Assembly (NCBI GenBank): GCA_963847445.1
Contig: CAWJZV010000034.1
Location: forward strand, 288,001-352,000
Length of the DNA stretch: 64,000 bases
Source: an uncultured delta proteobacterium
Lineage (GTDB): Bacteria; Desulfobacterota; Binatia; UBA9968
Direction of reading: 5' to 3'
A program made the position numbers and the translations under genes. The notes beneath the pieces are model-generated. The model was given only the letters and a program-made list of their open reading frames with translations. It ran no database searches and had not been told where the DNA came from. Of the stretch, positions 19,369 through 29,272 are shown in pieces (within the stretch, counting starts at the first letter, position 1; every line of letters starts with the position of its first letter).

Positions 19369-20046
19369 TTAGAGGCTCATAATGGTTTTAAAAGGGATCG
19401 ATAGTCCGTCCTCAGTTACGCGCGTCACATGCCGGGACGCGGCAATTATCTTGAGCGCATCGACGGATGCTGCCAGCACAATGGCTGGAATCGAAGAGTA
19501 GCTTCGGATAACTCGAAGGTTTACCTGGGCTAGCTCGTCAAGGAGCGCTTTTTGTGCCATGCGAATAGCATTTTCCCGAGACGATTCGGAATCTTCTCTG
19601 TGCGGCGCTAAGCGTAATTCGACAATCACGCGGACCGAGCCCAGGGCCTTCGCCTTCTGATAAATTTCCGGAGCAATGAGGGCTGGCTCGTCAGCAACAG
19701 GTTTTGGGTTCTGCGGCTCGAAGTCTCTGCCGGCAAATGAGATTCCAATGCTAACGCGATCTTGAGGTACATGCTCCAAGAGGATGTTATTCGCTGTTTC
19801 TTGTCGGGGATCAACCTTAGCAGGTTTGCCTGAGGCGGTTAAGGTTGGGATCGCGGCGCCTTCTCCATCCCGATCAATTTCAGGATTCAATCGAGGATCG
19901 AACCCCAACGGCAGGGAGATGCCAAAGGACAGTAATAAACTCGCACTGAGCCGCCGTGCAGATTGACCAGACTTGCTTGGGGAAGAGTTTGTTGAATGTG
20001 CGCGCAAATTGTCCCAGGTCACGACATTAAGTGACTGATTTACCAA
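19369..20046 (-). CDS. Exported protein ending in an I9/subtilase-propeptide-like domain
   Basis: KAKALGSVRVIVELR...VIRSYSSIPAIVL...VTRVTEDGL parallels the neighbour's prodomain KAQQQGTVRVIVRL...VIHEFQDFPFMAL...VTEVLEDQL. Confidence 0.6.
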   Translation of the reverse strand: MVNQSLNVVTWDNLRAHSTNSSPSKSGQSARRLSASLLLSFGISLPLGFDPRLNPEIDRDGEGAAIPTLTASGKPAKVDPRQETANNILLEHVPQDRVSIGISFAGRDFEPQNPKPVADEPALIAPEIYQKAKALGSVRVIVELRLAPHREDSESSRENAIRMAQKALLDELAQVNLRVIRSYSSIPAIVLAASVDALKIIAASRHVTRVTEDGLSIPFKTIMSL

Positions 20047-20197
20047 AGTGATTATGTTTCTTAGTGGGTTTCCCGGCGAAGCCCATTGTCGCTCCAGTTA
20101 CGCCGATCCGGTTGAGCAGTCAACAGGCGGGCAAGCACCAAGCCTGGGCGTCTTTGCCAAGCCGCGCTTGAAGGGCAAGACTTCCGGGTGATTTGCC

Positions 20198-20990
20198 TCA
20201 GTGGTCTTGGCGCATCTCAGCGCGTAACTCATCCTCCCAAATGCGGCTGCCATCCGACAACCATTGTAAGCCCGGGTCGCGGATTTCACCGGCGCGTGTG
20301 AACTTGGGCAGCTCTTCGAGCGCGCGGGCGAGCACCGCTTGGTTGCGGACGCGGTCATGGGGCGGGCCGAAGGTACGGCCCACCGGATGATCGACGAATA
20401 GCGCGCGCGGCGGCGTGACTTTACTCATGATGTCGTGGGCCGTGCCGATCATCAGTGTCGGAATACCCTGGCCTTCGATGACATGGGCGATGAGACCGAC
20501 GGTCTCATGGCAGAAGGGTCAATAGGGCACGAGCAGAGCGAGATCGACCTGGGCCTGCTTCAAGTCGTTGGCGATGGCCGTCGCCAGCTCGTTTTCAATC
20601 TTGCCATGATCGCGCAAACCGCCCATGAAGGAAAAGTGAAACGGTGCCAAGCTGCCGACGACCCCGCGCTTGTGCAAGATTCGCCAATGCCGTGCGCGGA
20701 AAAACAATCTCCGGGTCCTGCTTCGGCACTCGGCCGATGCCGGAATGATGATCGATGATAAGCTCTCCCGCGCTCGGATCGGACGGCACGCGCCGATAAT
20801 TGAAATCTTCACGCGGTATGAACGGCTCCTGATGCGCCAACCGCAACGCCGCGCTGCTCAATAGCGCGACGCGCGATTCACTCAACGGTTTCTTGATCGG
20901 ACACCAGGCTGGTTTTGTCGGCGACACCAGCACGCGCGGCGGTTTGGGCGCGGAGTTTTGCGCCATGACGGGGAGATATTGGAAGGGCAT
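20198..20990 (-). CDS. GrdB/PrdB-like reductase selenoprotein with UxxC motif (Sec at TGA 20519-20521; frameshift near 20675)
   Basis: KPLSESRVALLSSA, FSFMG, VDLALLVPY-TGA-PFCHETVGLIAHVIEGQGIPT, PPRALF..HP.G; frame stays open after TGA. Confidence 0.85.
20490..20508 (-). promoter_or_regulatory. Putative bacterial SECIS hairpin
   Basis: AUGAGACC-guc-GGUCUCAU beginning 10 nt after the in-frame UGA, with G in the apical loop. Confidence 0.65.
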
Positions 20991-21516
20991 TAATAAGATC
21001 CTCCGTGCGATAGTTCTACTTCAGGAACTAACAGGGTTCAACGCAAGCATCGGGTAAATTCGTTTAATTCTTTTCTTCTAATCTTGGGATTGCCAAGTCG
21101 TTGAGCGTCGTGGTATCGGGCTTACTCTAGAGTGCTTGCCCAACAAGTATCTCAGACTAATGCGCGGAATCGAGGACGCCGGTGACTCACTGGACAAGTT
21201 CGGCAAGAACTGCGACGACTGAAAAGTTAGAGAGGAAGAATAGACTTCAGACTTTCCCTTAAGTAGATTCGTTTCAGTTTGTTGTGATATCGATAGCAAA
21301 GTTTCTAGTCTGCCCCGATCCTGCTCGCCGATTTGTTTCGTGCCACGTAGTATTGGCGATCTCTCTTTGGCCGCACGGAATGTTAGTGGCCGACACGGAT
21401 CTTGCTGTCCATTCGCCAAGAGAGATCACGCCGCTTTGTTTTGGTCCATCAGAGGCGATCGTTGAAACTCGCCGGCGTGTGAAATCCCTCCTGCGTTGTG
21501 GTAAGCAATTGCCCTC

Positions 21517-22209
21517 ATGATCGATGTCGGGGCGAACTATCGGATGATTGTTGAGCGGATTGCTGTTGCGGCGGCGAAGGTGGGGCGGGATGCGCGCGAG
21601 GTTCGGCTGCTGGCGGCTTCGAAGTCGCAGCCGGTGGATTCGATCCGCGCGGCGCTGGCGGCGGGGGTGGCGCTGGTCGGTGAGAACTACGTCCAGGAGG
21701 CGGAGGAGAAGAAGAATCTATTGGCAGAAGCCAAGGTCGAGTGGCATATGATCGGCCATTTGCAACGCAACAAGGCCAAGCTGGCGGTGGAGTTGTTCGA
21801 CGTCGTCGAGTCGCTGGATAATTTGGCGCTGGCGCGGGAATTGGATAAAGAGGCGGCGAAGCGAAGCAAGATTGTGCGCGCGCTTATCGAAGTGAATTTG
21901 GCGGGTGAGGAGAGTAAGGCTGGGGTTGCCAAAGCTGAAGTCGCTGGCTTGTTAGAAAAGGTTGCCGGTTTGGCCCACGTGAGCGTCCAAGGGCTGATGA
22001 CCGTGCCGCCGTTTCGCGAAAATCTTGAGGAGGTGCGGCCGTACTTTCGCGAGTTGCGCGAGTTACGCGACTCGCTCAATTCACTGAATTTGCCCAACGT
22101 GCGTCTTAACGAGTTGTCCATGGGCATGACCCACGACTTTACCGTGGCGATCGAAGAGGGCGCGAGCATCGTGCGCGTCGGTACGGCGCTTTTCGGGCCG
22201 CGGGGATGA
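21517..22209 (+). CDS. yggS: PLP homeostasis protein (YggS/PROSC)
   Basis: LLAASK, GENYVQE, WHMIGHLQRNK, LSMGMTHDF..AIEEG..VRVG. Confidence 0.95.
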   Translation: MIDVGANYRMIVERIAVAAAKVGRDAREVRLLAASKSQPVDSIRAALAAGVALVGENYVQEAEEKKNLLAEAKVEWHMIGHLQRNKAKLAVELFDVVESLDNLALARELDKEAAKRSKIVRALIEVNLAGEESKAGVAKAEVAGLLEKVAGLAHVSVQGLMTVPPFRENLEEVRPYFRELRELRDSLNSLNLPNVRLNELSMGMTHDFTVAIEEGASIVRVGTALFGPRG

Positions 22210-22215
22210 TGACCC

Positions 22216-22515
22216 ATGTTTCTGATCGCTAATTTGCTGGTTGCGGTGGCGCAGATTCTCGACTACGTCCTGTGGGCGTATGCTTGGATTTTATTGGCTC
22301 GTGTGGTGATTTCTTACATTAATGCTGATCCGAATAATCCATTGATCCGTTTCCTCCACAGTGCCACCGAGCCGGTGTTGACGCGGCTGCGGGCGAAATT
22401 GCCGTTGTCCTCCGGCGGCTTCGATTTTTCGCCGATTGCGGTTTGGCTGGCGGTGATGTTTTTGCAGCGTTTCTTGGTTCGCTCCTTGTACGACTTGGCG
22501 CAAGCGATCAATTAA
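22216..22515 (+). CDS. yggT: YggT family membrane protein
   Basis: DPNNPLIRFL...TEPVL...DFSPI; follows yggS. Confidence 0.9.
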   Translation: MFLIANLLVAVAQILDYVLWAYAWILLARVVISYINADPNNPLIRFLHSATEPVLTRLRAKLPLSSGGFDFSPIAVWLAVMFLQRFLVRSLYDLAQAIN

Positions 22516-22533
22516 AACTGGGAGGATGTTCAG

Positions 22534-23488
22534 ATGAAGTCTCTCTTTGCCGCCGATATTCGCGACAATCAAGCGGTCGATGCCATGTTTTTGGTCGCGG
22601 CGAAAACTCATGGCGTGACTAAGACCGGCAACAGTTATCTAACGTTGAAGCTGATCGACCGGACCGGCGACATCGAAGCGCGGGTGTGGGAGCGCGCCGA
22701 CGATATCGGCCGCGGCTTCGACAAAAATGATTTTGTCCGCGTGCGCGGCCAGGCGACGCTTTATCAAGGCAAGATGCAATTGCGCGTGCAAGACGTCATG
22801 CGCGTCGACGAGTCGAAGATCGCGCCAGAGGATTTTTTGCCCAAGAGCGCTTTCGATCCGCAGGTCTATGCTTGAGGAACTGCAAACAATTCTTCGTGCC
22901 ATGAAAAATCCCCATCTGCTCGCCCTGGCGGAAGCCTGCTTCGCCGACGAGGAGCTGATGCGCTTGTTGCGCCAGGCGCCGGGGGCCAAGACGATTCATC
23001 ATCCTTATTTGAGCGGTTTGTTGGAGCATACGCTTTCCTTGATGAAGCTGATTCAAAAAGTCGTCGAGAATTACCAAGGCGTCGATGTCGACCTGTTGCT
23101 GATGGGCGGCTTTCTCCATGACATCGGCAAGGTTTACGAGTTTACTTTCGACCGGGCAGTGGATTACACCGACGCCGGGCAGTTGTTGGGCCATTTGGTC
23201 ATGGAAGTGGAGATGGTGACCAAGAAGATCGAAGCGATTGCGGCATTTCCCACTGAGCTGGCTTTGCTGCTCAAGCATTTACTGGTGAGCCATCATGGCG
23301 CTTATGAGTTCGGCTCGCCCAAGCTGCCGCAGACCGTTGAAGCGGTGATCCTTCATTCCCTCGACGACCTCGACGGCAAGATTCAAGCGATCCAAAACAT
23401 GCCGGAGAAAGAGCCGGGATCGAAGTGGACCGCGTTTCACCGCGCGTACGGGCGGAGTTTTTATCGAATTAAGACTGAAGAGCCATGA
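22534..23488 (+). CDS. yhaM: OB-fold plus HD-domain 3'-5' exoribonuclease, YhaM/Cbf1 family (frameshift near 22865)
   Basis: YLTLKLIDRTGDIEARVW; APGAK.IHH.Y..GLLEH; LHDIGK; SHHG..EFGSP. Confidence 0.85.
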
Positions 23489-23492
23489 AGTT

Positions 23493-23520
23493 TGCAGAAT
23501 GCGAAATGCACAATGCAAAT
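23493..23520. repeat. Heptamer tandem repeat (TGCAGAA TGCGAAA TGCACAA TGCAAAT)
   Basis: Four degenerate 7-nt units, intergenic. Confidence 0.6.
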
Positions 23521-23571
23521 TGAACGCCGTGAAATCTGAAAATATGAGATTCAAACCGGAGGTTTGCCATC

Positions 23572-24990
23572 ATGAAAAATTTTGTTGCGGGCGCGTGGAT
23601 CGATAAGGCGAAGAAGATCGAAGTAACCAATCCGTTCGATAACTCGGTAATCGACGCCGTGCCGAAGGCCGATGCAGGGGATTTGGAAACGGCGTTGGCC
23701 TTCGCCGAGCGTGGCGCCAAGGTGATGGCGAAGCTGTCGAGCTACGAGCGCTGGAAGATTCTCCGCAAAGCGGCGGACATGATGGCGGCGCGTAACGAAG
23801 AGCTGGGCCAAATCATTTCCCAAGAAGAGGGCAAGATCATCGCCGAAGGGCGCGGCGAGGCGATGCGCGCGGTCGAAACCATGATGGGCTCGGCGGAGGA
23901 GGCCAAGCGGCTGCATGGCGAGACCGTGCCGCTGGATGCCGATCCCACCGGCGGCAAGAAACTCGGCTTCACGCTGCGCGTGCCTTGCGGCGTCGTCGCG
24001 GCGATCGCGCCGTTCAATTTCCCATTAAACCTCGTCTGCCATAAAGTTGGCCCCGCGCTGGCGGCGGGTAACACGGTCATTATCAAACCGGCTTCCGATA
24101 CACCGTTGTCGGCGGTCAAATTGACTGAGATTTTGCTTGAAGCAGGCTTGCCGCCGGAAGGGATTCAATGCCTCACCGGTTCAGGCGGTGAAATTGGTGA
24201 CGCGCTAGTTGCCGATCGAAGAGTCCGTAAGGTGACATTTACCGGCAGCCGCGAGATCGGCGAGCGGATTTGCCGCACGGCGGGCATCAAAAAAGTTACC
24301 ATGGAGTTGGGTTCCAATAGCCCGGTGATCGTCATGCCGGATGCCGACATGGAAAAAGTCGCGACGGTTTTAGCGATGACCGGTTACGGCAACGCCGGCC
24401 AAACTTGCATCTCGACACAGCGGGTATTGGCGGCAAAAAGAGTATACGGTGATCTCTTGAGCGCGTTGAAGCCGAAAGTTGAAGCGTTGACCACCGGCAA
24501 CCAGCTCGACGAGAAAAGTAAAGTCGGCCCGATGGTGAAAGAGAGTGAAGCCATGCGTGTCGATGAATGGATCAAGGAAGCGGTCAGCGGCGGCGCGAAG
24601 TTGGTCGCCGGCGGCGGGCGGCGCGGCGCGATTTATCTCCCGGCGGTAGTCGCAGACGTTCATCCTGACATGCGCGTCTCGCGCGACGAGTTGTTCGGCC
24701 CGGCGGTGGCGGTGACTCCATTCGAGACGATTGAAGAAGCGATCGCCTTGGCGAACGACAGTATTTATGGATTAGCCGCCGGGATTTTTACCGACAACGT
24801 CGAATGGGCGATGAAGTTCGCGCGCGAAGCGGAGGCGGGCAATCTGCACGTCAACTGGGGCTCGCAGTGGCGCGTCGATCTGATGCCCTATGGCGGACTG
24901 AAAGACTCCGGCTTCGGCAAGGAAGGGCCTAAGTACGCGGTCAACGAGATGACGGAACTGAAGATGGTAGTGTTTCATTTGAATAGTTGA
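23572..24990 (+). CDS. NAD(P)-dependent aldehyde dehydrogenase
   Basis: PFNFP, KPAS, FTGS, MELGSN, GQTCIS, ELFGP, PYGG.K.SG. Confidence 0.95.
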   Translation: MKNFVAGAWIDKAKKIEVTNPFDNSVIDAVPKADAGDLETALAFAERGAKVMAKLSSYERWKILRKAADMMAARNEELGQIISQEEGKIIAEGRGEAMRAVETMMGSAEEAKRLHGETVPLDADPTGGKKLGFTLRVPCGVVAAIAPFNFPLNLVCHKVGPALAAGNTVIIKPASDTPLSAVKLTEILLEAGLPPEGIQCLTGSGGEIGDALVADRRVRKVTFTGSREIGERICRTAGIKKVTMELGSNSPVIVMPDADMEKVATVLAMTGYGNAGQTCISTQRVLAAKRVYGDLLSALKPKVEALTTGNQLDEKSKVGPMVKESEAMRVDEWIKEAVSGGAKLVAGGGRRGAIYLPAVVADVHPDMRVSRDELFGPAVAVTPFETIEEAIALANDSIYGLAAGIFTDNVEWAMKFAREAEAGNLHVNWGSQWRVDLMPYGGLKDSGFGKEGPKYAVNEMTELKMVVFHLNS

Positions 24991-25031
24991 ACTAGGCAAC
25001 GGGCATCAGGCAAGAAAGAAGTCACCCTATA

Positions 25032-25766
25032 ATGATAGCAAAATCGCGAACCGACGGACGGAAACAGAATCAATTACGAACGCTGAAGATCACGCCGAGC
25101 TACATCAAGACCGCGGACGGCTCGGTGCTGATCGAGATGGGCGATACCAAGGTCATTTGCACGGCCAAGCTCGAAGAGCGCGTGCCGCCGTTTCTGCGTA
25201 ACAGCGGCAAGGGCTGGATCACTGCCGAGTACGGCATGTTGCCGGGGTCGTCGCAGCAACGCATCGGCCGGGAGTCGTCGCGCGGCAAGGTCGGCGGCCG
25301 CACCCATGAAATTCAACGGCTGATCGGCCGCAGTTTGCGAGCGATCGCCGACTTGAAACTTTTGGGCGAGCGGACCATCTGGATCGACTGCGACGTCATT
25401 CAAGCCGATGGTGGCACACGCACGGCGTCGATCACCGGCGCCTATGTGGCGGTGGCGGAAGCGGTCAAGAGTTGGCTCGACAAAGGCAAGCTGCTGCAAA
25501 CGCCTATAAAGGATGCCGTAGCGGCCGTGAGTATCGGTATCGTCGAAGGACGGATTTTATTAGACCTATGCTACATTGAAGACAGTACCGCCGATGTCGA
25601 CATGAACTTCGTCATGACCGGCTCGGGCAAGTTCATCGAAGTCCAAGGCACCGCCGAGAGCGCACCGTTCACGCGCAAGCAGATGGAGCGCATGGCGGAA
25701 ATCGCCCAGGACGGCATCAAAGAGCTGCTCAAAGCGCAAAAGCAAGCGATCTCTGGCCTGGCTTAA
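25032..25766 (+). CDS. rph: Ribonuclease PH
   Basis: [42 protein letters not shown]. Confidence 0.97.
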   Translation: MIAKSRTDGRKQNQLRTLKITPSYIKTADGSVLIEMGDTKVICTAKLEERVPPFLRNSGKGWITAEYGMLPGSSQQRIGRESSRGKVGGRTHEIQRLIGRSLRAIADLKLLGERTIWIDCDVIQADGGTRTASITGAYVAVAEAVKSWLDKGKLLQTPIKDAVAAVSIGIVEGRILLDLCYIEDSTADVDMNFVMTGSGKFIEVQGTAESAPFTRKQMERMAEIAQDGIKELLKAQKQAISGLA

Positions 25767-25807
25767 GAGAAATATTTTACCGCAAAGTTCGCAAGGAAAT
25801 TCTATTC

Positions 25808-26428
25808 GTGATCGAACTCCTCGTTGCCACGACCAATCCAGGCAAGTTGGCCGAAGTGCAAGCGTTTTTAAGTTCACGGCCGATTCGGATTCGTTCCTTG
25901 CGGGATTTAAAAGATCCTCCCACGGTGGTGGAAGATGGCGCGACCTTCGAAGCAAACGCGCTTAAAAAGGCGCGCACCTTGGCGGATTTTTCCGGGTTGC
26001 TCACGTTAGCCGATGACTCCGGTCTGGAAGTCGAGGCACTGGGCGGCGCGCCGGGAATCTATTCGGCGCGCTACTGCGGCAGGGAAGGTGACGACGCCGA
26101 AAACAATCGCAAGCTCCTGCGCGAATTGACTGGCGTGGCCGAAGCGAAGCGCACTGGTCGTTTCGTCTGTGCGTTGGCGCTTTGTGCGCCTGAAGGGTTT
26201 GCCATGGCTGACTGGACCGTGCGCGAGTCTTGCGACGGGAAAATCACCTTCGAACTAACAGGCGTAATGGCTTCGGCTACGATCCGTTGTTTTTCTATGC
26301 GCCCTTTGGCAAAACCTTCGGGGAGATCGACCGCGAAACTTAAAGCAACGGTCAGTCACCGCGGTAAGGCGCTGAAAAAGCTTGCTCAAGCATTGCCGCA
26401 ACTGGTTGATTTGGCGGTTGAACCTTGA
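25808..26428 (+). CDS. rdgB: dITP/XTP pyrophosphatase (short internally frameshifted segment ~26262-26340)
   Basis: ATTNPGK, ADDSGLEV.AL.GAPGIYSARY, SHRG.AL; GFGYDP motif present in another frame. Confidence 0.92.
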   Translation: MIELLVATTNPGKLAEVQAFLSSRPIRIRSLRDLKDPPTVVEDGATFEANALKKARTLADFSGLLTLADDSGLEVEALGGAPGIYSARYCGREGDDAENNRKLLRELTGVAEAKRTGRFVCALALCAPEGFAMADWTVRESCDGKITFELTGVMASATIRCFSMRPLAKPSGRSTAKLKATVSHRGKALKKLAQALPQLVDLAVEP

Positions 26429-26469
26429 TTTGATCGAAACCCAGTGTAGAATGGCCGCTGGTTGATTGA

Positions 26470-26546
26470 CGGGGCGTAGCGCAGCCTGGTAGCGCACCTG
26501 CCTTGGGCGCAGGGGGTCGGAAGTTCGAATCTTCTCGCCCCGACCA
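26470..26546 (+). tRNA. tRNA-Pro(TGG)
   Basis: Cloverleaf; anticodon loop CTTGGGC; CCA end. Confidence 0.95.
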
Positions 26547-26560
26547 ACGAACAATGGTAT

Positions 26561-26632
26561 GTGCTGAGCTATGAGTACTGAGTACTGTAGGGCAGAAGGG
26601 CATTCCCTTCAGTACTCAGTACTCGCTACTCG
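26561..26632. repeat. Inverted heptamer repeats (GTACTGA / TCAGTAC) in a tRNA spacer
   Basis: GTGCTGA GCTATGA GTACTGA GTACTGT ... TCAGTAC TCAGTAC TCGCTAC. Confidence 0.65.
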
Positions 26633-26637
26633 ATTGG

Positions 26638-26714
26638 GCGCCAGTAGCTCAGCTGGATAGAGCAACGGCCTTCTAAGCCGTAGGTCATGGGTTCGAATCC
26701 CTTCTGGCGCACCA
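26638..26714 (+). tRNA. tRNA-Arg(TCT)
   Basis: Anticodon loop CTTCTAA; CCA end. Confidence 0.95.
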
Positions 26715-26725
26715 GACTGTTTTGC

Positions 26726-26803
26726 GGTGAGTGTAGCTCAAGTGGTTAGAGCACTGGATTGTGGTTCCAGGGGTTGAGGGTTCAAGTCCCTTCACTCACC
26801 CCA
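26726..26803 (+). tRNA. tRNA-His(GTG)
   Basis: Anticodon loop TTGTGGT; G-1; CCA end. Confidence 0.95.
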
Positions 26804-26888
26804 GTTTCAATTCGGCGAAGATCGAGGATTGAGGATTGATAGCCGCAATCCTTAATGATCTATCTTCCAGATTTAGTTTGATCCGTGC

Positions 26889-26964
<76 letters not shown>

Positions 26965-27132
26965 AATTCTCTTCTCAATCTCACCGCTACTGGGCTTGGC
27001 TGCCCATCTCCCGGTCCGAGCATGGGTTGGACTAAATCGCTGGATGTTATTTATCCGCAGCAGTATGCTATCATGAGTGACGATTCGACACTGGTTTGAT
27101 CTGGCAACAATCCGAGAAACTACCTGGCAGCC

Positions 27133-27651
27133 ATGGAACAAAGCCTGAGTTATACGATGCCGATGGAGGTTCACCTGCCAGCGGCACTGGTGCGCGGTGT
27201 GCTTGAGACCAATCAAGACCGGCTTAGCAGTCATCTCCTAGTTCGCCAGGATGACCAGGTTTTCTCGCTGCGGGATGCGACCGTGGAAGATCTTACCGGC
27301 AAGCCGATTGCTAGCCGCACCAACGATTATGTCGTCTATATGCGGGAGGTTTTTTTGATCGCCGACTTGAGTCCGGCCGGCCAGTCGCAGCGCTCCGGTC
27401 TCGAGGGGCTTTATCGGAAAAAAAATATCAGCAAGGCATTGATCAGCGTCGGGACGTACTTGATCCAGGGCGACGTCTATCTGCTTCCCGGTGGCGCGTT
27501 GTACGATCTGCTGCTCGAAAAGAATCAATTCATACCGTTGACCAACGCGACGATTCTCGGTCGGCCACCCGCCCCACCCCGGACTTATTTGATCAACCGT
27601 CAAAAGATCGGCTTTATGACGGCCATCGGCGATGGTTTGGTGGAGTTCTAA
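27133..27651 (+). CDS. Hypothetical protein with two internal repeats (possibly DUF6812-like)
   Basis: Repeated pattern VRG.L...FSL.DATV / IQG.V...FIPLTNATI..YLINR..I. Confidence 0.6.
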   Translation: MEQSLSYTMPMEVHLPAALVRGVLETNQDRLSSHLLVRQDDQVFSLRDATVEDLTGKPIASRTNDYVVYMREVFLIADLSPAGQSQRSGLEGLYRKKNISKALISVGTYLIQGDVYLLPGGALYDLLLEKNQFIPLTNATILGRPPAPPRTYLINRQKIGFMTAIGDGLVEF

Positions 27652-27654
27652 CCC

Positions 27655-27972
27655 ATGGCCGCCTATCCAACTGAAATAAATCATGTAAAAGCGCGCGGCG
27701 TGGTACGCATCACCTGGGATGACGGCCATATAGGCGAATACAACGAGCCATATCTGCGCGGCTATTGCCCCTGTGCGATGTGCCAGGGCCATGGATCCCA
27801 GCGCCAATTCATTTCGGTGCCCGAGGCGAAGCTTCAAGAAATTCACGGTGTCGGCAACTATGCCATCGAGTTCCGATGGCATGATGGCCACAGCACCGGA
27901 ATCTATACTTTCGAATATCTGCGGACAATTTGCCCCTGCGCGGCCTGCACTCGGGCGCACGGCGACGGTTAG
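27655..27972 (+). CDS. DUF971/GBBH-like N-terminal domain protein
   Basis: ITWDDGH, LRGYCPCAMC.G, VGNYAI.F.W.DGHSTGIY..EYL. Confidence 0.88.
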   Translation: MAAYPTEINHVKARGVVRITWDDGHIGEYNEPYLRGYCPCAMCQGHGSQRQFISVPEAKLQEIHGVGNYAIEFRWHDGHSTGIYTFEYLRTICPCAACTRAHGDG

Positions 27973-28105
27973 TAGTTCTTGTCGGCGCCCGGGAGTGTGT
28001 TCATGTCCTTGCTTCGATTTGCCAGATGATTTCCGTCCTCTGTTCGATCACGGCGCGGCGCTCGATGTTTTATCACCTTCTGTGACCCTGCTTTTTTTGA
28101 TTTCA

Positions 28106-28779
28106 CCCCAACCTTCCCCACTGGGAGGGTAGTCGATCTAAGCAGCCAACCAAATCAACCTGCACAGCCAGAAGGTCTCCACATAAGGCTTGGAGTCGTC
28201 AGTGTACGTAACGTCGGTTGTCGCTCTGGTCGTCGGGTCGACTGGCAACAAGTGCCCTCGCGACTATCGGGTAGATCTTGCCAGTACCGAACCAAGGCCA
28301 ATTGTTCATCGAGATTGACAGGCCAACCAGCACGCGCCGTACTGGTGCGGCCGACACAGTTCCATCGCCTCAAGACGCACTCGGACTCCATGCCTCTCGG
28401 GCGTCCGCGGACAAACCCTTTTTCCACCGGGAGTAGCGCCAACTGCGTGCGCTGTTGGGTCTTTTCATCGAAGCCTTCGATCACCCGGCCCCAAGCCTGC
28501 TGCCGGCTGTCGTTGATCTTGCTCAGATACAACACCTGGCGCTGCACCACCTTGGCCCCGGCGCAGCGTTTACTCTCGACGATGTTCCAATAGCGATGCT
28601 CTTGCCGTCCGATTGCAGCGGATCTTGGTGTCTGATTGTAGCCAAAAACTCGCCCTTGATTAAGATACTTGGTCTACATTACAGCCGCTTTGAAAGTATC
28701 AGCTCTTGAAATTACGAAGCTTTTTACGCTTCAGAGTTACATAAAAATTTTGTTTCGCTGCGAGTTGGGAAAGGTGGGG
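28106..28779 (-). mobile_element. Degenerate, internally deleted IS1634-family element
   Basis: Minus-strand RYWNIVESKRCAGAKVVQRQVLYLSKINDS..AW.R.IE.FDE...QLALLP; imperfect terminal IRs CCCCAACCTTCCCCACT / AGTTGGGAAAGGTGGGG. Confidence 0.75.
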
Positions 28780-29048
28780 TAGTCAGGTTGAGACCTGGGT
28801 CGTTGACGCGCAGCAGTCCCAGAGTATCGACCAGGAAGGATTGAGTTTAACCGATATTAGCACTGCAGAACATTATCCAATTGCGTTATCTTAGGATGCT
28901 GAACTGCCAAGTGATCTTGGGCATGGAGTAGTTCGATCCCGATACCCGCCAGTCGCGCTCACTGCGCTTGACTTACCACCGGGTAATTCTTACTCTCCTT
29001 TCCTAGTCTGTGAAACTGGATCGAGAATTTGCAGCGACAGAAATACGT

Positions 29049-29131
29049 GCGAGAGTGGCGGAATTGGCAGACGCACTAGACTTAGGATCTAGCGGGCAAC
29101 CGTGGGGGTTCGAGTCCCCCCTCTCGCACCA
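29049..29131 (+). tRNA. tRNA-Leu(TAG)
   Basis: Anticodon loop CTTAGGA; variable arm; CCA end. Confidence 0.95.
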
Positions 29132-29272
29132 AGAAAGGTTTTGCTTCGCTCGATATACACTGAGATAGAAAGGTTAACGGTAAGGCTACCGCCCGACTCT
29201 CATTGCGAGATTCCGTACAGTCGGGGCTCGCCCTGTGTCAATGCGCAAACGCCTCTGTCGTAAGAAAATCAG

